This document shows, one piece after another, positions 28,601 through 39,980 of a DNA stretch of 64,000 nucleotides (the first letter of the stretch is position 1; the number at the start of each line of letters is the position of its first letter). This DNA comes from the human T2T-CHM13v2.0 reference genome, Homo sapiens. The stretch lies in assembly GCF_009914755.1 (NCBI RefSeq), contig NC_060931.1; one strand, written 5' to 3'. The translations under genes and the position numbers were made by a program. The notes beneath the pieces are model-generated. The model did not search any database. It worked only from the letters and a program-made list of their open reading frames with translations, and had not been told where the DNA came from.

Positions 28601-30577
28601 TTTTTTTCAATAAAGCCCTTCTCATATGATATATCTGTAACTGTAAATAGAAAGAGTAGAAAAAGTAATGAAATTGCACTTCTCTGGGTCTACAATGAAC
28701 AAAAAATCCATGAGCATTTCATTTGTAACCTGTCTTCTACTGCTAGCTTGTAACTACTTATATTTAGTACTACACCTCCCTTTTCATTTTACTATTGTCA
28801 TCCTTGGATTAGAATTTTTCTTTCAAATGTTAGCAGAAAACAAAATATTTCCCCTAAGATGAGGAAAACATATATGCAAAATGTAGGAATGTAAAAGCAT
28901 CTGAGATAATAAAATTTTTCATAAATGGAACACAACAAACAATGACACTTGACAGTGCTGAGTCACATAAAATTTTATAATATTAGAAATATAAGCAACT
29001 TTGGGACTATCTGTTAATTTTTATATATTATATAAATAAATGAATATCTATGCATTTATGCTCTAAGTCCCAGGATATAGGGACTAAGAGAAGCAAAGTG
29101 ACTAATTCAAGGTCATAAAACTAGTTAGTCACAGAAATCTGGTATCCTCACTCCTGGTTTGTGGGCAGAGGAGGTGGTTTACACCCCATTGAACTGATTT
29201 TTCCACATGTAAAAGAAAACTGACACATCAAAATAACCCAAAAACAATGTACAATTCAACAATTTGTCTGTAGCCATCGGTGACAGTGTCACCCATTGCT
29301 GATACCGATATTGCCACTCTTTATATTTGTAGGGTTTGTGTAAATTACAACTCAAACAAAAACATTCATCTCAACTTTTAATTGATCCTCAATGGACTAA
29401 GACAGGTGAGATAGGTATTAGTAGCCTTATTTAAAGGCAAGGAACATGAGACACATTGATTGAGAAGTATTTGTAATTTGCTATGAGTTGGTCAAAATCA
29501 ATAGGATAAAAACCCATGCTGTCAATCTTTATTTTTAAAATTCTATGTTCAATTCACACCACTTAAATGCTTAAAACTTCAAATAATTTGTGTATGCCGT
29601 CCTATATTAATTAAATTTACATAACTCTATAACTTTAAAAGTCTAAGTGAAAAACCAAATGTTTCTTTGGTAACCATATATAGGGAAAATAACTTTTAAA
29701 AAGTTATGTACCTTTTATAGAAATCTTTCAGTAAAATGTAAGAGTAAGTTGCAAAGGTCAGAAAATTATTATTTTTTTTTAGTATTTGGATGAAGTTTTC
29801 ACCAATACTGTTTGGGCCATACACTAACTATTGATAAGATTTCCATCATAATAAAATTATCAATAGAGAGCTTTAAAAGTATACTATCTGATGCAAATAG
29901 TGCATGAAGCAACAGTTTTATAGGTGGAAATAATGTTTCTCAGCCACCTTCTAAACAGAAGAAAAGTTAGAAATCTAGAAATCAAAGATCTCACTGTAAC
30001 TGGTATTGGTAACCAGCATGATAGACCTGTTGCTTGTGCCTCTTAGGAAAAAATATAAAAGATCTGGCATACAGTTCTAAAAGGCTAATAAAAGTATCAT
30101 ACCTTGTTATTATCCTGTGAAAGTCTACTGAATGAACACTAAATTTTTTTTCTTGTCAAGTTTTCATCAAGTAGAGGAAAACAGTACATATCATAAACTG
30201 GATAAGAGAACAAGAAAGACTTTTTCCAAATAGCCCCATGGATTACTAGTTTAAAAACACAGAAAAACATATTTAACATAAAGGGGCTAGTTTTCACTAG
30301 TACTAGTAGTTTCAAGATAAACAGACTTTTTACCTGGTAGATTTTAAGCATTTAAGATTTTATGTGAAAATATTGTCACTATCCATAAAACATTTTACAT
30401 TTCTCCTATAATTATTTGGCAAAATTATGCTTACGTGATAGTGACTAAGTTAATTTTTTTTTATTTTATAAAGTGGAGGATAAGGATCTACACCTATATA
30501 TCCAGGTCTTTCGTGCTTACAGTATCTCAAATGAAAAATTGTAGGTTTGCCTTCAGTTGTCATAAAAGAGGAATTGT

Positions 30578-30598
30578 TTCAGAACCACGGACAGAAAA
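30578..30598 (+). promoter_or_regulatory. RE1/NRSE (REST binding site) in intron 1
   Basis: TTCAGAACCACGGACAGAAAA against consensus TTCAGCACCnnGGACAGmGCC. Both half-sites are present with the canonical 2-nt spacer, and the 3' tail is degenerate. Confidence 0.8.
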
Positions 30599-31563
30599 CT
30601 GTTCTCTACTAGAGGGTGCAAAGTTAAAGGGTTTGTTTACAGTAAGAAAGGCAAGGCAGGCACAATGATTATACCCCTCTCAGTACTCTAATTAGAAAAC
30701 AACTAATCTATTGGGATGAAGGAAAATGGAGAGTTACAGGCGGAAATGAAAACATTCATATTACTGATTAGCTCTTATACTTGCCTATGCAAGTTGCCAT
30801 TTATTTGCTTTGTTTTTAAAAGTATGTATTGAAAATTATTTTCTAAGGTAATAAAATTCACATGTTCTTCCCTAAACTGAAGGCCACTTTTGCATAAAAC
30901 AGAGCAGTGGCTTAAAAATAGCATATGCTAATTTAGAAATATATGTACAGCACCTGCTCTGCTGTGACCAAACCATCTGTTTAATGCCACACATATTTTA
31001 GGGTTCCTCAATGAATATAAAAGGTATATTCATTCTATTCCTTCTACCTAAACAGCTTCTGCTCTCCTCTGGGGGTGGGGTGGCAAGAGAGGACAAATCA
31101 CCTACAAGGGGATTAAAGTTACAGAAATATTTAGACATCATTCACAGAGAAAAAGACCCGCAATGGCCAAGAGGTTTAAACAGAGACAGGTAAACACCCA
31201 GCTCTATCCATTTCCTAACACGTCCGTGTTGTATTAATGGAAGACTTCCAGATTAGTAAAACACTGGAGGGCGTCTCTCCACGCCATCCTAGAGGGGAAG
31301 GGCTCCAAAAGGCCAAAAATCACAACCTAAAATCACAGTTCCAAGAATGTAACCCTTGACTATCCCACCAGAAACTCTACAATGCATCATTTTTATTCCG
31401 CCCATCACAAGGCTTAGGATCTCTCTATGGCCACCCCACTGGGGAGAATAAAATGAACGGAGGCGACATATATGTACCGCCGTGCTGGCACATACAGGCT
31501 GGCACATATGTGCACGGGAAGCTGTACATATATGCCCGGACATATACATCATGCTGTGCATGC

Positions 31564-31811
31564 CTGTGCATGGAAGGCGACTCCGCAGCGGCCGGGGGGA
31601 CGCTTCCCTTGGGCAGCCCCTGCGCCCTTGACATGACAGCGGCGATCTGTCTCCTCTCCTCTTCGCTCAGCTGGCTCAAATCCGCCTCCATGCCGGCCGG
31701 GATCGCGGTGTGAGAGGGGCTCCCCGCCCCGCTAGCTCCTCCTCCAGCCGCTGCGGCCGCCGCCAGCCCTTCGGGGAGCCCTTCCCCTTCCAAGCTCGCC
31801 TCGTTGCCCAT
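31564..31811 (-). CDS. PCLO: PCLO exon 1 coding part (aa 1-83, MGNEASLEGEG...SPSMHR), with N-myristoylation-type N-terminus MGxxxS
   Basis: The translation matches the recognised Piccolo N-terminus. The ATG is in a strong Kozak context (GAGCCATGG) inside a CpG island. The exon ends CAC AG|GCATGC, and the Arg codon AG/G is completed by exon 2 (phase 2). Confidence 0.96.
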
Positions 31812-31977
31812 GGCTCAGGGAGACTCGGGGCCGCCGCGCTCCCTCCTCGCGCCGCGTCCCAGTCGAGAAGCCCGCGGCCAGGGGAGCAGTCAGAGCCGGG
31901 GTCCGCCTCGGGGCGTGCAGGCAGCCGAGTCCCTGGACTCTGGACCAGGCACTGCCGCCCGGAACGCCAGGCAGGGG

Positions 31978-32022
31978 TTAGTCCCGCTCGCAGGTAACGC
32001 CCGCTGCCGGTGCCTCCTCCAT
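31978..32022 (-). other. Candidate upstream ORF MEEAPAAGVTCERD* in the PCLO 5' UTR
   Basis: Strong Kozak context (AACATGG). It is the only ATG between about 32200 and the main start, and its TAA lies 166 nt before the main ATG. Confidence 0.5.
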
Positions 32023-32171
32023 GTTGGACAGCGCCAGGCAACCTTTGCAGAAGACACCTCCCGGACGCCGCCTCGGCGCCCCGAGCCGGGGAGAAGCAGA
32101 TCTGAGCGGTGCCAGCCGGGCGCCGTCCGCCCCTCCCACCGCGCACCGCCTCCTCGCCCGCGCCCTCTCAG

Positions 32172-32182
32172 TGCGCAGGCGC
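32172..32182. promoter_or_regulatory. NRF1-like motif TGCGCAGGCGC
   Basis: Matches the NRF1 consensus (T)GCGCAnGCGC and lies among GC boxes in the proximal promoter. Confidence 0.6.
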
Positions 32183-34094
32183 CTCTCGGAACAGGTGATG
32201 CCCGCGGCCCACGCCCACCCCATCCTGCGTCGCTCCGGATCCTTCCTCGCTCTCAGCACCGATTTAAAGGAGCCCAGTGAACGCCCGGCTAAAAACAGGG
32301 AAGAAACAGGCGACGTTTCTTTCAGGCATATTTCAGGATGCCTCACTGGAGTTTTAGCTTACTAGACACCTAGATTTAAAGGGGGCGGGAGGGGCAGGAG
32401 AGGAAATGTCTGTTTTCAGCTTTGGCTCCTGGGATTTGTAGTTTCATTTATTTTCTTTAAAAGAAGGTTTTAAAACATTCTAGGAAAGGGTTCAAGTAAC
32501 TGAAGATTAGCAAGAGAGACCCTGATACCTTTGAGGCACATTTCCCAAGGGAGCTAAGAATGGCCCTTTTCATTTAGAACTTTCACAGAACAATTAAATT
32601 GTTAATTAGATTATTTAAAATGATACAATATTAGTAAGCAGCTAAGGTTTTGAGTGCTTATAACTAGTTCCCTAAAGGGAGGGACTACACAATAATAAAG
32701 GATTATGGGAAGTTGTGGACGTGGGGTTCTGCAGTAATATCGAGATTGTAAAAATATTAAAATGTTTTAGTATGAAAGTTTGAAAACATGATTTTATTCC
32801 CCCGCCCCTTTTTTAACAAATGTGGACAGAAGAACCCCACGAAGTTCATTTAATGTGTGACTGTTAAGTTACAGTCACACAATTGGTTAGCAGCACGTTA
32901 TCATAATAACCAGTTTTTGAGACCCACTTTCGACTATCACTCCTACACTTTTCTTGCTGTTACATTTCTTAGACGGGACTGTTCAGCACTGAATCTGCAG
33001 CCTCAATGTTGTTACCTACGTTTCCTCAGAATGTGAACTTAATGTCTCAACTGTTGAGGTTAGGTCATAGAGACTGAATAAATAAATCAAACAGAAATGA
33101 ATAAGTTGCTCAGAAAGTAAGTCCAGGTTTTTGCAATAATCATTACATAGTTCGATCTTCTACCTTCCAAAGTGAATTTGTAGTTTTACAGTATAAAAGC
33201 ACGAATAATTACAACTGATTTTTTTTTAAATGACAAAAATAATGCAGTCTCTTATGAGGGAACCAAATGCTAACATCTTTTGTAACAAATGCCGAAAAAA
33301 AATGACATAGTGTATATTAATACCCGTAACTGCTTTTGTGTGTGATGTAATGAGTAATAAAACTCAAGCTATTCTCATCCTTCGTATGTTTAAAAGTCCA
33401 TGCATTTTTGTGTATGTATGAATATATACGATTGTATAACTATAGACAATATGGCTTATAATTTTTATATAGGTGCATATGAAGGTCTTTAATTAATATT
33501 CCTTCCTAACAGAAGGTGAGAGAGGATTGTGTTCATTGAGTGGAGCAAGAACCTGCAGTGGCTTAAGGTCCGACGCTTCATTTTTTGTTAAGGCCGAGTT
33601 ACTTCTGAATTGCTGCTCTCAGCCATTTTTGTTAGCTCTACTTTAAAGTGGGATTTACAGTTAGAGTGGAAGAAATTCAAGTAAGGTTACAACTGATTAT
33701 AAACTGGCTTCTCAATTTTGAGAGAAAAATCACGAGAAGTATTTTAGTGAAAAGTTTGATAAATTTAATTTTGAATTCTTAATATCTGAACCATCAATTT
33801 TTTCCTTTATACTTAGTCCAAAGTGTATCTGTAATTTAAATAAAAGAAAAACTCGTATTTAGAATGTGTTCCTATAGACATACAATGTATAAAATATTAA
33901 GTAATAAAATTAGTTTTGTCACTTTACAATATTTGTAAATTGAAAAATATTAATAAGTCATGAAGTTATAACTTAGATGATCAGCATTATTTATTCAACC
34001 ATTTTATAAATGGAGTTTAGAATTTAGAACCCGCTTTTTGGAGAAAGGGTACATGTGTGCATGTCTTATACTTCAGGTTTTTTCTGTTGACGAT

Positions 34095-34280
34095 GTCTGG
34101 TTTTAAATCCTAGCTCTGCATTCTTACAGCTATTTGGATTGGTAAGTCACTGACTTTTCAGATGTTGAGGTTCCTCAACTGTAAGAACAGAGAAAATAAT
34201 ACTACTAACATTACTACCTCTCAGGTTTGTTGTGACAACTAAATTAGAAAAAGCTGTGAATGCACTTGTAAACTAGAAAT
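34095..34280 (+). mobile_element. MIR
   Basis: AAATCCTAGCTCTGC...AAGTCACTGAC...TTCCTCAACTGTAAGA...GTTTGTTGTGACAACTAAAT. Confidence 0.6.
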
Positions 34281-34834
34281 ATGTTATCAGAATGTGGTAT
34301 ATGGTTACCAGGCTAGCCTGGGAAATTACTGAGTCTTCCATGCTCTGAAGAAGCCAAGGAGGTGGGACACATGGAGAGAGGATCCTAGCTGCCTCGGCTT
34401 CGTCCATCTCAGCTGAGGCTTTAGTGAGACCCCCGCCCCCCCGACCGCCTTAGCATAACCTACCCCAGCTGAGCTACCTACTGGCTACAATGACATCAAT
34501 GAACCCAATGAGACCAGCAGAAGAACTACACAATCAACTGAAAGAATCAGAGAATTAATAATAATAATGATAATAATAAGATGCTTTTTTAAGTCAATAA
34601 GATTTTTTGGGGGGGCTAGTTAAGCTATATAACTGATATTCCAGGTTTTGCACATTATGATTATGCATAAGCCTTCAAAGTTTCCCTTCACTCTTTTAGT
34701 GACTTTTCTCAGTTACTGTCCAGCTGCACTTGAGTTGTTTGTTCAAAATTTCCAAATACCACCCTTCTAAACTATAAAGTGGAAAAGAACACAATTATCT
34801 TGAATACTTATATGCGTGTTTCATGAAAGGCTCA

Positions 34835-35248
<414 letters not shown>

Positions 35249-35519
35249 TTATAAGAATTTTCTGAGGAACATCAATGTATTTATTTGAGAATTCGTTTGG
35301 AGTCAGGTGACACTCTCAAGGTCCTACTCAAGAGGATTAGACTATAGGTTTACATCCCTGGGTAAAATGCTTGGGGTCAGAACTTCAAAATTATTTGTGG
35401 GATTTTACAAAGTTAATAAGATAAACTGTACATTATATAATAGTACTTTTAATATTTATCCAGGAAAACCTGTTAATAGTCACATTTACCTCTAAAGGAG
35501 TTAAGATGAAATCAACTAG

Positions 35520-35856
<337 letters not shown>

Positions 35857-36191
35857 TGGAGTTCAGATATTTTTAAAACAGCATGGGCTTATTTAAGTGT
35901 TCTGTAGAATAAAGATAAAACAACTTGAATTGGTAAGGTAGCATGAATTGGAGGACAAAAGTAGAGAAATCTATAAGAGAAGGAGGGGACTTGATGCCAC
36001 TTATTTTTGAAAAGGGAAAGAGAAATGTTCCCACTCCTAGCTCCATTGGCAATATGGCCTACGGGACTTTGTAGGACCAACATGTCAGTGAGGCTGCAAG
36101 ATGTTTTCTGTGGACTGTGCACTGTAAAACCCTGCCTTGTCTCTCTCATGCAAAGGCAGGAATGTCTATGTTGCTTAAGTGTTTGTACATT

Positions 36192-36742
36192 GTGATGGTT
36201 AATTTATGTGTCAATTTAACTGGCTTATGGAGTGCCAGACATTTGGCTGAACCTTGTTTTTGGGTGTGTCTGTAAGAATCATTCCAAATGAGATTAGCAT
36301 TTGAATCTGTGGATTTAGCAGATTACCCTCCCCAATGTGGGTGAGCATCATCCATCCTATTGAGGGCATGAATAGAACAACAACAACAACAACAAAAAAG
36401 CAGAGGGAGGGAGAATTTTTTCCTTTCTGCTTGACTACTTGAGCTGAACATCAGTTTTCTGCCCTTAGACTTAGCTTTACATCATTGATCACCCAACCTC
36501 CGGGTTCTCAGGCCTTCATGCTCCAACTGAATGATATCACCAGCTTTCCTGGGTCTCCAGCTTGCAGATGGCAGATCGTAAGACTTCAGCCACTATAATT
36601 ATGTGAGCCATTTTCTTATTTTATAACGTGTGTGTGTGTTTATACACATATATATGTGTGCATATATATATATTAGATATAATAAAAGATAGATCCATAT
36701 AGGTACATATCCAAATATATAGACAGATAGATGATAGATAGG

Positions 36743-36792
<50 letters not shown>

Positions 36793-36848
36793 TAAGTATA
36801 TGTCTCTCCATCCGATTGGTTCTGTTTCCCTGGAGAACTTTGACTAAT
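36192..36848 (+). mobile_element. MLT2 (ERVL) solo LTR
   Basis: Starts TGTGATGGTTAATTTATGTGTCAA and ends TTGGTTCTGTTTCCCTGGAGAACTTTGACTAATA, with the microsatellite typical of the family inside. Confidence 0.85.
36721..36792. repeat. (TAGA/GATA)n tetranucleotide STR
   Basis: About 12 uninterrupted units plus variant units. Confidence 0.95.
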
Positions 36849-38137
36849 AATATATGCATGGGTTCCTTGAGAAAGGATGGGGTGAGAGTTCAAGGCATGG
36901 AAAGAGTGCAGGGCTTTGTATCCATGTAAATACACGTTAAAAATATTTGCAATATAGATATCATGTACATACACAGGAACTGAGAGAAAAAAGACATCTG
37001 ATGTATATGTTTTAGTCATTATCATATGTACTAAAATGTAAGGTTTATTATGGTTTTCAGAAGGCCCCATAATTTTCTCATGTGTTAATTACAACCTAAT
37101 AATCTTTCAGGTAGGTTCTTAGCAGCAGCGTGAAAACAGACTGATACACTCATTGACCTCCAAACATACCATGCAAACCTCTTCTTTAGTTCTGCTCTTC
37201 ATCAGCTTGGCAGGATTGTCCCCTTTCCTCTATCCATCTGTGCATTTTTCAAAGCCAGGCTTAAGGCCCATTCACCACAGTCAGACCTTTCCCTATTCTG
37301 AAGCCACTATTATTTTCAATTATCATTTGAGAATATTATTATTTATTTAATATTTATTTAAAGATCATGTTGCTTTATTTGCTTAATTGTTTTCAGTACT
37401 GATTTCTTAAAATGATGCAAAATATTGCTGTTTCTTTTGCAATACCATCACTACCTAGTGCACATAGTGAATGCTCAAATCAGCAGACATCAAATGCATT
37501 GCTTAGTGACCAGTCTTCAGGTTAAAAGTGTAAATAATGCAAAAACTGCAATAGGTTGTTTTGTAGAGGACATCTATAAAGGGAAAATAAAGGAATTCTT
37601 TTGTTATGATTAAGGAATTATCTTTTATAATTATACAATTTTAACCTATACATATTATATTACATTTAATATATTACAAGACCCTCTGTTAAGTATTTTC
37701 TCAATTTTATATTAATTCTTCTGACAATCTTGTCATGTACTATTGTTTTGTCCATTTTAAAAATTAAAAAGTTGAGATTCAGAAAATTTATTTAAATTTC
37801 TTTAGTTCATTTAACCAGTAAATGACAAGAGAGAACTCAAACTTAGCTTAACAAGAATCTAAAACCTACTCCTTTCTCCCTTTTATTAAAATGCCTCCAA
37901 TTTCTAATAGGAAAAGATAGTCCTGCTAAAGAATGTATAGACCCATGGGATGGTACTTCTTGTGGCTACTTTTAGGGCTTGGTAGTGCATTAAGTATATT
38001 GGAAATGTATATACATTTTTAACAAGCTGTCTAAAACATATAATAATAATTGGAAAATGACACATAGTACTTTAACTATTTAAGAAATATTCCATGCAGC
38101 CAAAAAGAAGAATAAAAAATAAAGATATTTACTGAGA

Positions 38138-38185
38138 TTGTGCACATGTACCCTAAAACTTAAAGTATAGTAATAATAAAAAAAT
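38138..38185 (+). mobile_element. Extremely 5'-truncated young L1PA insertion
   Basis: TTGTGCACATGTACCCTAAAACTTAAAGTATA plus A tail, with TSD AAAAATAAAGATATT. Confidence 0.8.
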
Positions 38186-38193
38186 AAAGATAT

Positions 38194-38567
38194 TAATATG
38201 GTTTGGCTGTGTCCCTACTCAAATATCATCCTGAAATATAGTTCCCATAATCCTCACATGTCATGGGAGGGACCTGGTGGGAGTTAATTCAATCTTGGGG
38301 ACAGTTACCTCCATGCCGTTCTTGTTATAGTGAGTGAGTTCTCGCGAGATCTGATGGTTTTATAAGGGGCTTTTCCCTGCTTTGCCCTGCATTTCTTCTT
38401 GCTGCTGCCGTGTGAAGAAGGGCATGTTTGCTTCCCCTTCCACCATGACTGTAAGTTTCCTGAAGCCTCCCCACCCCTGTGGAACTGTGAGTAAATTAAA
38501 CCTCTTTCCTTTATAAATTACCCAGTCTTGGGTATTTCCTTATAGCAGCTAAGAATGGGCTAATACA
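38194..38567 (+). mobile_element. THE1 (THE1C-like) solo LTR
   Basis: TAATATGGTTTGGCTGTGTCCC...GGGCTAATACA with 5-bp TSD GATAT/GATGT. Confidence 0.92.
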
Positions 38568-39424
38568 GATGTTGAAAAAAACGCAATAATAAAACTTCTC
38601 ACTATTCTAATTTCATAATATTATTCATTAAAAATATTATTATCAATTTGCCATGTTTTATCTGCACTTAGGGTTAGATATCTTTACCTCAAGTCATAGA
38701 GCAATAATTTTATCATTCACCATTTTAGGAGCCATTTGGAGAATGTTTAATTTTATGCCAACCAAGTTCTAGATTTGCCAGGTTAACTGTTGATGAGTAA
38801 GTGCCAAGGATGGAAGATATTTTATGTAATTCTGCCTGAGGCTTCCCATGTCTTTCCCCACTCAACTTACTGCTCACGAAGAAAGATCAGTGTCAGCTGT
38901 TGGCAAGATGGTCCATCATCTGTCTGTAATAATAATATTTCATGTTTTCTAATGGCCTTCATTGCAGGGGTCTCAAACTTTTGAAACCTGATAGCCATGT
39001 AATACTGCAGTAACCATGGTTGGTTTCACAAATTTTTAAACTGTAGAAGTGAAGCAATGATCCATTCTCCAGCATAACTCTTGAGTCACTTACACTTGCC
39101 ACTAGAGAAGTTTAATTTTTCACACATTTTATCTCATCATTCATCTCATAAGGCCAAAGATATACCAATCACAGATTCAAAAGCTGAGCCCTTCAAAGAA
39201 AAAAAATAATTGTATCAATATAATAAATGACACTCCAAGATAGATCATCATGGTCTTATTGATTTTCTTGCAATTCTTGGCAGGAAGTGGTGGCTATTTT
39301 TAATCATAGATAGTAAAAGACTCAAAGAGAAGCTGTTCTAGAGATTTTCCATAGAAGAAAGGCTCTTTCTGAAGTGATGAATATAGTTTCTTTCTAGGCA
39401 TTTGTATTTTCATTCCATTCTCAA

Positions 39425-39600
39425 AGACAACCTGAGGAAAGATGGGCCATCTACTGTCAGAAACATGGCCGTACCTTACAGCTTACCAGTTGGCTTTAGG
39501 TGGCCAAGAAGCAGACATCCTGAGGAAAGATGGGCCATCTACTGCCAGAAACATGGCAGTACCTTACAGCTCACCAGCTGGCTTTAGGTGGCCAAGTAGC
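39425..39600. repeat. 88-bp tandem duplication
   Basis: CCTGAGGAAAGATGGGCCATCTACTG...GGCTTTAGGTGGCCAAG starts at both 39431 and 39519. Confidence 0.92.
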
Positions 39601-39849
39601 AAGACTTGGAACTCTGTCTCTTGCCTGCTTGCCCGTCTCCCTTGCCAGTTAGTGATGATCTCCTAGTTTTGTTCAGCAGGGCAGAATTCCTTCATGCAGC
39701 AACTATTTAAACCACCTACTATGTGCTGATGCTAGAGGTATAGTGGGATGCAAGAGAGACCTGGTTTCTGTGCTTAGAATTTATATTCTAGTTGGGGAGA
39801 CAGACTTTTAAAAAAAACTATTCCATCTTTCTGGGGAGAGTAGGGTTCT

Positions 39850-39980
39850 TAGACCTTCCACATAAGCATCTAAGAGTTTGTAGGAAAACAGACTGTCAAA
39901 CCTGACCCCAGACCTACTGCTTCAGAATCTGCATTTTAACAATATCCCCTGGTGATTCATGTGCACCTTACAGTTTGAAA
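39850..39980. mobile_element. MER5A-like hAT fragment
   Basis: CCCCAGACCTACTG...CAGAATCTGCATTTTAACAA...GGTGATTCATGTGCAC...AGTTTGA. Confidence 0.75.

Larger units (their letters stand above)
31440..32320 (-). promoter_or_regulatory. PCLO: CpG island, PCLO promoter and 5' UTR
   Basis: Abrupt GC- and CpG-rich segment in AT-rich DNA, with several CCGCCC GC boxes and no clear TATA box. The TSS is inferred at roughly 32.1 kb and cannot be fixed from sequence alone. Confidence 0.9.

Noticed and set aside
32026-32260. RE1 right half (32026) and left half TCAGCACC (32253) as one composite site
   Set aside because: They are in the wrong order and more than 200 bp apart.
31453-32365. Several long ORFs over the CpG island
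   Set aside because: GC-rich DNA is depleted of stops. Only the exon 1 frame and the short uORF have support.
38285-38295. DUX4-like motif TAATTCAATCT in the THE1 LTR as a PCLO promoter
   Set aside because: The terminal base mismatches the motif and the LTR points away from PCLO.
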